Of a stretch of DNA of 41,114 nucleotides, positions 9,158 through 18,076 are shown one piece after another. Each line of letters begins with the position of its first letter. The first letter of the stretch is position 1. The notes below the pieces were generated by a model that was not told where the DNA came from, did not search any database, and worked only from the letters and a program-made list of their open reading frames with translations. Where the stretch lies: assembly GCA_043782125.1 (NCBI GenBank), contig JAYWAX010000119.1:1-41114 (forward strand), in the 5' to 3' direction. Source of the stretch: Acetobacteraceae bacterium. GTDB taxonomy: Bacteria; Pseudomonadota; Alphaproteobacteria; Acetobacterales; Acetobacteraceae. The position numbers were made by a program, and so were the translations under genes.

Positions 9158-10621
9158 ATGGCGCCGATACCAACGACGAATTCGGTTACTCCAGCCCGCC
9201 CGAAGCGGACATCGCCCCGTTTCCTGGGCTTTCGCCTCGCGGCCCCGGTGGTGCTCGGGCTTCTGACCGCCGGTTGTTCCACTTTTGACTCGCTTCAACG
9301 CACCCTTTTGGGTGGCGGGCCGCGGCAAGGCCAGCCCGGATACGTCCAGGGGTTCGTTGGCGCCGCCGTCGCGGACGAGCCGAGCGCGGCGCTGGTGGGC
9401 CGGGATATTTTGTCGGCGGGCGGCAACGCAGTGGACGCGGCGGTGGCCGTCGGCCTCGCCTTGACCGTCACCATGCCGTCCCGCGCCGGGCTTGGCGGCG
9501 GCGGTGCGTGCGTCGCGTATAATCCCGCCTCCAAATTGCCCCCGGAAGCCTTCGTCTTCGTGCCGCCATCCGTGGTCACGGTCGGCGGCGGAGACCGGCG
9601 GGCCGCCGTGCCCATGACCGCCCGCGGCATCTATTTGCTGCACGCCCGTCAGGGAAGATTGCCGTTCGAGATGTTGCTGGAAAAGGCCGAGCGGCTCGCC
9701 CGCTTCGGCGTTCCGGTTTCACGCGCCTTCGCCCGCGACCTCGCACTGATCGCCGCCCCGCTGTTTGGCGATCCCAACGCCCGCGCCGTCTTTGGACGCG
9801 GCGGCGCGCCGCTGGCCGAGGGACAGACGATGACGCAACCCGAACTCGCCGCCACGTTGGCGCAGTTACGGGCGTCTGGGGTCGGCGACATGTATCAGGG
9901 CGCGATGGCGCGCCGAATCGTGGAAAATTCCGCCAACGCCGGGGTTCCCATCGGCGCGGGCGATTTGCGCGCGGCATTGCCCGCGATCCAATTGCCCGCG
10001 GTGGTCCGCATGGGCAACGACAGCGTCGCGTTTCCACCGACCGATGGCGGTCTGGCCGCCGCCGCCGCCCTGATGACGCTGCGCGATCGGCCCGCCGATG
10101 CGCAGGCAGCGCTGCTACGTTCCTTGGCCGCCGCCGCCCGCTGGCGCGCCGGCGGCGCGAACTCAGAGCAGGTGCTGAACAGCCAGCTCGACGCGCCCGC
10201 ATCGATCCCCCTGTATCCCGCGACGACCAGTTTCGTGACAATGGACTCGGCCGGCGGCGCGGCCGCCTGCGCCCTGACCATGAACAATCTTTTTGGTACG
10301 GGACGGATGGTTCCGGGTCTCGGTTTTCTGACGGCCGCGTCGCCCGCCGGGATGACGCCCCCGCTGCTGGCCGTGGGTGTCGCCTGGAGCCCGCGTTACA
10401 ACGCTTTCCGCGCTGCGGCGGGCGGCAGCGGGCAGGCAGGCGCGGGACTCGCCGCGGGCGCCGCGCTGGCGAACACGCTGCGCGCCCGTCAACCAATGCC
10501 AGACCTGGTGCCCGATCCCGGACGGGCCAATGTGATTGCCTGCGCCGGCTATTTGCCGGGCTCAGAGTCCAGTTGCGGCGCGGTCGCGGACCCGCGGGAA
10601 TTCGGACTTGTTGGCCGCTGA
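9158..10621 (+). CDS. Gamma-glutamyltranspeptidase-like (Ntn hydrolase) putative lipoprotein, shortened and divergent
   Basis: 'GRDILSAGGNAVDAAVAVGLALTVTMPSRAGLGGGG', 'GQTMTQPELAATL', nucleophile region 'ATTSFVTMDSAGG...MNNLFGTG'. Lipobox-like 'VLGLLTAG-C'. Confidence 0.82.
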   Translation: MAPIPTTNSVTPARPKRTSPRFLGFRLAAPVVLGLLTAGCSTFDSLQRTLLGGGPRQGQPGYVQGFVGAAVADEPSAALVGRDILSAGGNAVDAAVAVGLALTVTMPSRAGLGGGGACVAYNPASKLPPEAFVFVPPSVVTVGGGDRRAAVPMTARGIYLLHARQGRLPFEMLLEKAERLARFGVPVSRAFARDLALIAAPLFGDPNARAVFGRGGAPLAEGQTMTQPELAATLAQLRASGVGDMYQGAMARRIVENSANAGVPIGAGDLRAALPAIQLPAVVRMGNDSVAFPPTDGGLAAAAALMTLRDRPADAQAALLRSLAAAARWRAGGANSEQVLNSQLDAPASIPLYPATTSFVTMDSAGGAAACALTMNNLFGTGRMVPGLGFLTAASPAGMTPPLLAVGVAWSPRYNAFRAAAGGSGQAGAGLAAGAALANTLRARQPMPDLVPDPGRANVIACAGYLPGSESSCGAVADPREFGLVGR

Positions 10622-10650
10622 CGTCGATTGGAACGAAGGGAGACAACAAC

Positions 10651-10968
10651 ATGCGCGTATTCACATCGGCGCTCGCGCTGATTCTGACGGCTTCGATGGC
10701 GCTTGCGGCCGAAACGCCAGGACTTGCCACCTCGGCCGGTCCCGGGCGGGTCATCTGCAAGACCGCGACGGCCTGCGAACTGGGTATTGGCAGCCCAGCG
10801 AAGCTGAAATACCGGATCGACGTGACCGCGCTGCCCGCCGAGGACAAAGACCGGCTGAGCAAGCAATGCGGTCCCAAGGGCGAAAAACCCTGCATCGCCA
10901 CCTTCGACGGGACTGAAATGGGCGACCCGGTCAAGATCAAGGCGGCCAAAATCAAATGGTACAATTGA
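10651..10968 (+). CDS. Small secreted hypothetical protein (105 aa, 4 Cys, Lys-rich)
   Basis: GGGAGA RBS, ATG at 10651, signal peptide 'MRVFTSALALILTASMALA', high-GC3 codon usage; fills the gap between neighbouring genes. Confidence 0.8.
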   Translation: MRVFTSALALILTASMALAAETPGLATSAGPGRVICKTATACELGIGSPAKLKYRIDVTALPAEDKDRLSKQCGPKGEKPCIATFDGTEMGDPVKIKAAKIKWYN

Positions 10969-10975
10969 TCTCGCC

Positions 10976-12136
10976 GTGGCGCTGAAAATCGGCCGGGGCG
11001 CTGCGGCGCCACCGTTCATTGTCATGGATGTGATCGCCGCGGCCAACGCCCGGCAGGCCATGCTGCCCCCCGGCGCGCCCAAAATCATCCGCATGGAAGT
11101 CGGGCAGCCGGGCACCGGCGCGCCAGCCGGGGCAGTGGCGGCGGCACAGGCGGCCCTGCGATCTGGCGATCCGTTGGGATACACAGAAGCGTTCGGGCGG
11201 ATCTCGCTGCGGGAGCGGATCGTGGCGCATATCCGGTCCTGGTATGGGCTGGAGGTGCCGGTTTCTCGCGTGGCGGTGACGGTTGGCGCGTCCGGGGCGT
11301 TTCCTCTGGCGTTCCTGGCGGCATTCGATCCGGGCGACCGCGTGGCCATGGCGTCGCCGTTTTATCCGCCTTACGTGAATATTCTGACCGCTTTGGGTAT
11401 CGAGCCCGTCATCCTGGAAGCGGGTCCACAGACGCGGTTTCAGCCAAACGTGGCGATGCTGGAACGGCTGGACCCGAAGCCGGACGGGCTGATGATAGCC
11501 AGCCCGTGCAATCCGGCGGGGACGATGCTGCATCCGGCGGAACTCGCCGCGATCGCGCGCTGGTGCGACGCGAATGGCGTCCGTCTGATCAGCGACGAGA
11601 TTTATCACGGCCTGCATTACGACAGTCCGATCGCCACCGCCGCCGCGTTCAGTCCGAACGCGATCGTGGTGAACAGTTTCTCGAAATACTTCTCCATGAC
11701 GGGATGGCGCATCGGCTGGATGGTACTGCCCGAGGCGTTGGTGCGCCCGGTGGAATGTCTGGCGCAGAACATGTTCATCAGTGCGCCGTATATTGCCCAG
11801 GTGGCGGCGGAAGCGGCGTTCGATTGCGGCGCGGAACTGGATGCGAATATCGCGCGTTATCGAAGGTCTCGCGATGCTTTGCTGGCGGCATTGCCGGACG
11901 CAGGGTTCCCGGATCTTTCGCCGGCCGAGGGGGCGTTTTATTTGTTCGCCGACATTGGCGCGCGGTCGAACGACAGTGTCGCGTTTTGCGCGCGGATGTT
12001 GAAGGAGGCCGGGGTCGCGGCCTCGCCAGGCGTGGATTTCGATCGCACAAGGGGAAACCGGTTCGTGCGGTTCAGTTATTGCGGACCGGAAGCGGATATG
12101 CGGGAAGCGGCAGAGCGGTTGAAGGCGTGGCGGTAA
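10976..12136 (+). CDS. PLP-dependent aminotransferase class I/II (aspartate aminotransferase-like)
   Basis: 'MEVGQP', 'SPCNPAG', 'ISDEIYH', 'NSFSKYFSMTGWRIGW' (PLP Lys), 'EGAFY', 'FVRFSY'. Confidence 0.94.
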   Translation: MALKIGRGAAAPPFIVMDVIAAANARQAMLPPGAPKIIRMEVGQPGTGAPAGAVAAAQAALRSGDPLGYTEAFGRISLRERIVAHIRSWYGLEVPVSRVAVTVGASGAFPLAFLAAFDPGDRVAMASPFYPPYVNILTALGIEPVILEAGPQTRFQPNVAMLERLDPKPDGLMIASPCNPAGTMLHPAELAAIARWCDANGVRLISDEIYHGLHYDSPIATAAAFSPNAIVVNSFSKYFSMTGWRIGWMVLPEALVRPVECLAQNMFISAPYIAQVAAEAAFDCGAELDANIARYRRSRDALLAALPDAGFPDLSPAEGAFYLFADIGARSNDSVAFCARMLKEAGVAASPGVDFDRTRGNRFVRFSYCGPEADMREAAERLKAWR

Positions 12137-12167
12137 CGCCTGCCATCTCATGCCGTCGGGCCAAACG

Positions 12168-13037
12168 CTAAGCGGCCGGCGCTGCCGCCTGCTTGCGTTT
12201 CCGCTCGTGCCACGCCTCCATCAATTGCAGTACTGTGGCCGAGGTTTCCTCGATTGACCGGCGCGTGACATCGATCACCGGCCAGCCGTGCCGGTTGCAA
12301 AGCCTGCGCGCCCACAGCAATTCCGACTTCACCGATTCCTCGTCCACGTAATCCGTTTCGGTGTGCCGAATCGCGCCCACCTGGCCAACCTTGCCGATCA
12401 GGCGCAGCCGGTGCCGTCTTATATCGATCAAAGACTGCGCCTCGATCGCCAGGCCGATGACCGGGCAAGTGGCATGCTCCAACCCATCCGGCAGGCCCGC
12501 GTGCGGCACCAGCGGCACATTCGCCGCCTTGATGCCGCGATTGGCGAGATAAAAGCATGTTGGCGTTTTCGAACTGCGGGACACGCCGACCAGGATAACG
12601 TCGGCCTCGGTCAGGCCCGGCTGCGCCTGGCCGTCATCGTGTTGCAGCACGTAATGCATGGCATCGATGCGTTTGAAATAATCGGCATTCATCACATATT
12701 GCCGGCCCGGCCGATGCGTCGCGATCTCGCCGATATATTCCTGCAACATGTTCATGACCGGATCGAGGACGTTGACGATCGGCACGTGCAGCCGGCGGCA
12801 GGTCGTTTCCAACTCGACGCGCAGCGCCTGATCGACCAAGGTCGATAGCACGGGACCTGGCCAGTCCTCGATGGCTTCCAGCACGCGGCTGAGCTGAAAG
12901 CTGGTGCGGATCAGGCTCCAGCGGTGCGTGACCATCTCGGTCTTTTCGAATTGCGCGCCGGTCGCGCGCGCCAGCGTGGCGAGTGTTTCGCCGGTGGCCT
13001 CAGAGACCAAATGCAGGTTGATCGGGCGTGCGGTCAT
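12168..13037 (-). CDS. ppsR: PEP synthase / pyruvate,phosphate dikinase regulatory protein (DUF299 kinase/pyrophosphorylase)
   Basis: '[10 protein letters not shown]', '[12 protein letters not shown]', '[21 protein letters not shown]', 'KAANVP', '[12 protein letters not shown]'. Start placed at MTARP (13037). Confidence 0.92.
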   Translation of the reverse strand: MTARPINLHLVSEATGETLATLARATGAQFEKTEMVTHRWSLIRTSFQLSRVLEAIEDWPGPVLSTLVDQALRVELETTCRRLHVPIVNVLDPVMNMLQEYIGEIATHRPGRQYVMNADYFKRIDAMHYVLQHDDGQAQPGLTEADVILVGVSRSSKTPTCFYLANRGIKAANVPLVPHAGLPDGLEHATCPVIGLAIEAQSLIDIRRHRLRLIGKVGQVGAIRHTETDYVDEESVKSELLWARRLCNRHGWPVIDVTRRSIEETSATVLQLMEAWHERKRKQAAAPAA

Positions 13038-13147
13038 GTCGGCGATCCCCGTCGGCGGCGACGACAAGATGCGGCGGCAAAGGGGCCGTGTCGAGACTCC
13101 CGATGGCGGCCTCGCGCGCACGGCCTCACCCTGCTAAGCGGCCCGCC

Positions 13148-14038
13148 ATGCGCATCCTCTTCGTCACCTCCAACCGACTGGGCGACGCGGTGCTGTCCAC
13201 CGGCCTGCTGGACCATCTGATCCGGGCATACCCTCACGCGCGCATCACCGTCGCCTGCGGGCCGGTGGCGAAGGGCGTGTTTACGCGCATGCCGAACCTG
13301 GAGCGGATCGTGGTCATCGCCAAGCAGCCGTATGGGCGGCATTGGCTGCCGTTATGGTGGATGGCGGCCGCGCGATGGTGGGACCTGGTCGTCGATATCC
13401 GGGGATCGTTGCTGTCCTGGCTGGTGCCCACGCGGCGGCGGGCGATCATGCGGCCCAGTACGGGCCATAAGACGGCGCAGCTCGCGCGGATTTTGCGCGT
13501 GTCGCCGCCGCCCATGCCGGTGGCCTGGTTCAATGCCGCCGACGCGGCGCGTGTCGCTGATCTGTTTCCGGCGGGACGCCCGGTCATCGTTCTGGCCCCC
13601 ACCGCCAATTGGGCGCCCAAAATCTGGCCCGCCGGACATTTTGTGGCGCTGTTTCACCGTCTCGCCGAGACCCATTTTCCGGGCGCCATCCCGGCCGTGA
13701 TCGCCGGTCCGGGAGAGGCCGAGGCGGCGATGGCGGCGCCGGTGCTTCAGGCGCTGCCAGAGGCGATCGATCTGGTGGGGAAGCTCAGCTTGCCCGAAAT
13801 CGCAGCGTTCCTGGCGCGGTCTGAGCTTTTTGTAGGGAACGATTCCGGCCTGATGCATTTGGCCGCCGCGGCCGGAGCGCCAACTTTGGGTTTATTCGGT
13901 CCCACGAACGCGGCGGAATACGGACCGGCCGGCCGGTGCGCGCTGGCCTTGACGGGACCCGGCCGGGACATGGCGGCGATCGGCGTGGCGGCAGCGTTGG
14001 ACGCAGCCGGGCGATTGCTGGCGCCGTCACCGGCATGA
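13148..14038 (+). CDS. GT9 glycosyltransferase (LPS heptosyltransferase-like)
   Basis: 'MRILFVTSNRLGDAVL', 'APKIWP', 'FVGNDSGLMHLAAAAGAPTLGLFGPT'. Confidence 0.92.
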   Translation: MRILFVTSNRLGDAVLSTGLLDHLIRAYPHARITVACGPVAKGVFTRMPNLERIVVIAKQPYGRHWLPLWWMAAARWWDLVVDIRGSLLSWLVPTRRRAIMRPSTGHKTAQLARILRVSPPPMPVAWFNAADAARVADLFPAGRPVIVLAPTANWAPKIWPAGHFVALFHRLAETHFPGAIPAVIAGPGEAEAAMAAPVLQALPEAIDLVGKLSLPEIAAFLARSELFVGNDSGLMHLAAAAGAPTLGLFGPTNAAEYGPAGRCALALTGPGRDMAAIGVAAALDAAGRLLAPSPA

Positions 14039-14072
14039 CGGCGCCAGACGAGGCGCGGAGACCCGGCGCAGT

Positions 14073-15347
14073 TCAGAACACCTGTTCGCCATGCAGGGCG
14101 ATATCCAGTCCTTCCCGTTCGTCGTCGCCGTTGACCCGCAGACCGACCAGCGCCTTGGTGATCAGCAACAGGACCCAACTGACCGCCGCGACGTAAACGA
14201 TCGTCGCAGCCACCGCGATCGCCTGAGTCGCGAACAGACCCGGACCACCGATGTAAACCCCGTTGGGCGCGTCCTTGGTCGCCGTCAGCGCGCCATAGGC
14301 GAGCCAGCCGGTCGCCAGCATGCCGATCATCCCACCGACGCCATGCACGCCGAACGCGTCCAGACTATCGTCGTATTTCAGCGCCGCCTTCAGCGTGGTG
14401 GATGCCCAGAAGCAGGCGAAGCCCGCGACGAATCCGATCAGCAGCGCCGACCCAGGCAGCACGAACCCGGCCGCGGGGGTAATCGCCACAAGCCCAGAAA
14501 CGGCGCCGGAAATCGCGCCAAGAACAGAGGGTTTGCCGCGCAACGCCCATTCGGCGAAACTCCAGGCCAAGGTCGCGGCCGCGGCGGCAATCTGGGTGAC
14601 GAGCACGGCCATGCCCGCCCGGCCATTGGCGGCCAGGGCGCCGCCAGAGTTGAAGCCCATCCAGCCCACCCATAACAGCGATGCGCCGATGACGGCATAA
14701 CTGAGGTTCCAGGGCGCCATATTTTCGGTGCCGTAACCGATGCGCCGCCCCAGCATCAACGCGCAAACCAGCCCGGTGATGCCACAGTTGATTTCAACCA
14801 CCGTGCCGCCCGCGAAATCGGCGACACCCAGTACGGCGAGCCAGCCGGTGGCGCTCCAGACCCAGTGGGTGAGCGGGGCATAGACCAGCAGCGACCACAT
14901 GGTGAAAAAGATCAGCATCGCCGAGAACTTCATCCGGTCCGCGCAGCTTCCGGTGACCACGGCCGGGGTGATGATCGCGAACGCCATCTGGAACATGATG
15001 AACACCGTTTCCGGGATCGTCGTGGGCTGCGCGTTCTCCGTGCCCGCGCCCAGTACGAACGCCTTATCCCAGTCCACCGCGATCCCGTTCAGGAACAAAC
15101 GGGAGAAATCGCCGATATAGGGCGCCCATTTTCCGGTGCCGTTGGTGAAGGCCAGAGAATACCCCGCCACAACCCAAACGATGGTCATGGCGGCGCAAAG
15201 GCTGAACGACTGCATCATGATCGCCAGCAGGTTTTTCTTCCGCACCATGCCCGCGTAAAACAACGCCAATCCCGGTACCGTCATCAACAGCACCAGAATC
15301 GTGCTGACCAAAACCCACGCGACGTCGCCCGCGACAACTTCCCGCAT
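14073..15347 (-). CDS. amtB: Amt-family ammonium transporter with an atypical pore (Glu in place of the first conserved His)
   Basis: 'LLMTVPGLALFYAGMVRKKN', 'FQMAFAIIT', 'DFAGGTVVEI', 'WVGWMGFN', 'GLVAITPAAG', 'DDSLDAFGVHG', 'GLDIALHGE'. Start at 15347 or 15353 after a G-rich RBS. Confidence 0.93.
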   Translation of the reverse strand: MREVVAGDVAWVLVSTILVLLMTVPGLALFYAGMVRKKNLLAIMMQSFSLCAAMTIVWVVAGYSLAFTNGTGKWAPYIGDFSRLFLNGIAVDWDKAFVLGAGTENAQPTTIPETVFIMFQMAFAIITPAVVTGSCADRMKFSAMLIFFTMWSLLVYAPLTHWVWSATGWLAVLGVADFAGGTVVEINCGITGLVCALMLGRRIGYGTENMAPWNLSYAVIGASLLWVGWMGFNSGGALAANGRAGMAVLVTQIAAAAATLAWSFAEWALRGKPSVLGAISGAVSGLVAITPAAGFVLPGSALLIGFVAGFACFWASTTLKAALKYDDSLDAFGVHGVGGMIGMLATGWLAYGALTATKDAPNGVYIGGPGLFATQAIAVAATIVYVAAVSWVLLLITKALVGLRVNGDDEREGLDIALHGEQVF

Positions 15348-15379
15348 CGCCATTCCCCCCGATTTTCTCGCTTCCCCTG

Positions 15380-15395
15380 TCAAAAATCGTGCCAG
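15380..15395 (-). promoter_or_regulatory. Putative sigma54 (-24/-12) promoter of amt
   Basis: Minus strand reads CTGGCACGATTTTTGA against the consensus TGGCACG-N4-TTGC: correct spacing, with GA instead of GC at -12. It lies about 30 nt upstream of the amt start. Confidence 0.7.
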
Positions 15396-15513
15396 TTCTG
15401 CGTCACCCGAGGGACCGGCTTCCCGGGCCGGTATGCTCAGAGATACGGCAGGCCGCGTTGCTCCGTCCCTGGGCTTTTGGCGAACGATTAACCCGGACGC
15501 TCGCGACATGGCC

Positions 15514-15530
15514 TGCTTATATATTGGGCG
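15514..15530. promoter_or_regulatory. Putative NtrC-type enhancer box
   Basis: TGCTTATATATTGGGCG has the GC-N11-GC form with an AT-rich core and sits about 120 bp upstream of the -24 element. A second TGC-N11-GCA lies at 15434-15450. Confidence 0.45.
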
Positions 15531-15603
15531 CCGGTTCCGCGGGTTGACGCTCCTTGGCTTCCCGGCCATGCCCCTTCGCGACGGTGGACAGGAGATTCCC
15601 GCC

Positions 15604-16830
15604 ATGCCCGAAATTTCGAAGGCCGATGTCTGCGTGGTCGGCGCTGGTCCGGTCGGCGGCACGCTGGCCTGCCGCCTGGCTGCCGCCGGGGTGACGACGG
15701 TGCTGGTGGATCGCGCGGCGCTGCCGCCACTGGCGCATCCGGCGTTCGATGGCCGCGCCTATGCGATCGCCGCGGGGTCTCGCGCGTTGCTGCGGGAGGC
15801 GGGTCTGTGGGACCGGCTGCCGGACCCGCCCAACCCAATCCTGGATATTCGCGTCACGGACGGGCGCGTCGGACGCCCAGCATCGCGCCTGCATCTGCAT
15901 TTCGACCATCGCGAAGCCGGCGGCGAACCCGGTCCCTTCGGCTGGATGGTGGAGGCACGCGGGCTGCGGCGAGCGCTGAACGCGCATATTCAAACTCTGC
16001 CCCATCTGCGCGTCTTCGCGCCGGCGGAAGCCGAGGTCGAACGATCCGAAGACCATGCCTTGGTGCGGGTGCGCGGCGGTCCCGCGGTGGAATGCCGGTT
16101 GGTCGTCGCCGCCGAGGGCCGGCAATCGCCGCTGCGGGAAGCGGCTGGTATTCCGGTGACGCGGCTAAGTTACGGCCAGACCGGGATCGTCTGCGCGATC
16201 AGCCACGAACGGCCCCATAATAATATGGCACTGGAACATTTCCTGCCCTCTGGTCCCTTCGCCGTGCTGCCCATGGCGTCAAGCGCAGATGCGGAGGCGG
16301 GCGGCGCGCCGAATGTTTCCGCCATCGTCTGGACGGAGCGAACGCGGATGGCGGACACCATCCTGGCCCTGGACGACCGGCGCCTGGCGCGGGAAATCCG
16401 GCGGCGGTTGGGCGACTATCTGGGGGAACTCCGGACGGTCGGGCGGCGCTGGAGTTATCCACTGTCGGCGATGCTCGCCCATCGTTACGTCGATACGCGG
16501 CTGGCGCTGGCGGGGGACGCGGCGCATGGCATCCATCCGATCGCGGGTCAGGGCTTAAACCTGGGGTTCCGGGACGCGATCGTCCTGGCCGAGCTGGTGA
16601 TCGAGGCGAAGAACGCGGGAGACGACGTGGGCTCCACTGCACTGCTGACGCGGTATCAGCGGGCGCGGCGGCCAGATAACCTGGCGATGCTGGCGATGAC
16701 CGATGGGTTGGACCGGTTGTTCAGCACGGACAACCCGGCGGCGCGGCTGGCGCGCGATCTGGGGATCGCGGGGGTGGATCGGGCGGGGCCTTTAAAGCGG
16801 GCGTTCATGCGGCGGGCGATGGGCACGTGA
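15604..16830 (+). CDS. UbiH/UbiF/VisC/COQ6-family FAD-dependent ubiquinone biosynthesis hydroxylase
   Basis: CAGGAG RBS. 'VVGAGPVGGTLA', 'FDGRAYAI', 'VAAEGRQS', 'EHFLPSGPFAVLP', 'LAGDAAHGIHPIAGQGLNLGFRD'. Confidence 0.93.
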   Translation: MPEISKADVCVVGAGPVGGTLACRLAAAGVTTVLVDRAALPPLAHPAFDGRAYAIAAGSRALLREAGLWDRLPDPPNPILDIRVTDGRVGRPASRLHLHFDHREAGGEPGPFGWMVEARGLRRALNAHIQTLPHLRVFAPAEAEVERSEDHALVRVRGGPAVECRLVVAAEGRQSPLREAAGIPVTRLSYGQTGIVCAISHERPHNNMALEHFLPSGPFAVLPMASSADAEAGGAPNVSAIVWTERTRMADTILALDDRRLAREIRRRLGDYLGELRTVGRRWSYPLSAMLAHRYVDTRLALAGDAAHGIHPIAGQGLNLGFRDAIVLAELVIEAKNAGDDVGSTALLTRYQRARRPDNLAMLAMTDGLDRLFSTDNPAARLARDLGIAGVDRAGPLKRAFMRRAMGT

Positions 16831-16915
16831 GACCGAAGGCTGGTTCCATATTGGCCGCGCGAGCAGCTAATGAGACTCCCGTCCGTAAAGACCTCCCGGG
16901 AGTCCTGGTGGCGAG

Positions 16916-18076
16916 ATGAGACACGGGATGCGCATTAGCCGGAACGCTTCGGTCGCGCTCGACCTGTTGCGTGGTGCCGCCGCGTTAACGGTCTTTCTGC
17001 ATCACACCGATATGTTTGATTTGGACGCAGGGGCGCTGGCGTGGTTCCGGCGGGATGTCGGCCATAGCGCGGTCGTTATCTTCTTCGTTTTATCGGGATA
17101 CGTAATTGCCTCGACGCTGCCCTCTGGGGGAGGCGCGTTAGAATACGCCATCCGGCGGGCCGCGCGTATATATTCGGTGGCCATTCCCGCCCTTATACTA
17201 ACGTTGCTGCTCGATTTTGTCATGGTTCATTGGGGTCTCGCGCCCGATGTCCCGGTCTATCAGTTGCATCGCGCCTGGATCTATCTGCCGATCGCTCTGA
17301 CCTTCACGGGGCATTTTTGGAACCTGTCCGAACCAGCCTTTTCCAACACCCCCTATTGGTCGTTGACTTACGAGGTTTGGTATTATGTCCTGTTCGCGAT
17401 CGCCGTGTTTGGGCGGGGCGTGACGCGATGGGCCTTGCTCTTCGCGATACTGTTTGCCATGGGGCCAAAACTTTGGCTCTTACTCCCCACCTGGGCCGGA
17501 GGAGTGCTGATCGCGCATCTATGGCGGTGGAAGCAAATGGCCCGTGGCCAGTGCCGGTTGTTGGTCCTTGCGACTCTGGGATTGTTCATCATCGCGAAAA
17601 CAATGCATTGGGAAGATCCGGTCAACGAACTGGCACAGGCCGCCGTCGCCGGCTGGTTTCCATTCCCGCTGGGATTTTCCCAGTGGTTCGCCGGAGATTT
17701 CTGTATCGGCTGCCTGACCATGGGCTTGGTTTATGGCGTCGGCGGCGCGGCGTTTCAGTTTCCGGCGTCGTTGGGGATGGCGATAACGGGTTTCGCGAAA
17801 CTCAGCTTCGGTCTCTATCTCGTTCATTATCCGATGTTGCTGATCTGGCATGGATTGCTGCCCGGCCACGGCTGGGCCACGATGGGTCTGTCACTGCTAT
17901 GCGCCCTGGGCTTCGCCGCGCTGGCAGAGCCCCAGAAGACCCACGCGCGGCGCCTGCTGGCCTGGTTGGCCGGCCGGCTTCCGCGCGGAAGCCGCGACGA
18001 ACTCTTGGCCGCCGAAATTAATCGCGGCCCGATATCCGAACGACCCGGCTTGGCGCCGCCAGATACTCATACCTGA
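16916..18076 (+). CDS. Acyltransferase-3 (OafA-like) membrane O-acyltransferase
   Basis: 'LDLLRGAAALTVFLHH', 'AVVIFFVLSGYVI', 'RRAARIY', 'WSLTYEVWYY', 'SFGLYLVHYP'; many transmembrane segments. Start at 16916 or 16928. Confidence 0.9.
   Translation: MRHGMRISRNASVALDLLRGAAALTVFLHHTDMFDLDAGALAWFRRDVGHSAVVIFFVLSGYVIASTLPSGGGALEYAIRRAARIYSVAIPALILTLLLDFVMVHWGLAPDVPVYQLHRAWIYLPIALTFTGHFWNLSEPAFSNTPYWSLTYEVWYYVLFAIAVFGRGVTRWALLFAILFAMGPKLWLLLPTWAGGVLIAHLWRWKQMARGQCRLLVLATLGLFIIAKTMHWEDPVNELAQAAVAGWFPFPLGFSQWFAGDFCIGCLTMGLVYGVGGAAFQFPASLGMAITGFAKLSFGLYLVHYPMLLIWHGLLPGHGWATMGLSLLCALGFAALAEPQKTHARRLLAWLAGRLPRGSRDELLAAEINRGPISERPGLAPPDTHT

Noticed and set aside
12168-13147. DUF299/ppsR as a marker of the replication origin (it borders oriC next to hemE in many alphaproteobacteria)
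   Set aside because: No hemE, maf, aroE or coaE neighbours. The upstream gap is about 110 bp and GC-rich, with no visible DnaA boxes.
15301-15662. Apparent overlap of the amt and ubi ORFs
   Set aside because: This is an artefact of longest-ORF calling. Homology starts at about 15347 (-) and 15604 (+), leaving a divergent promoter region.
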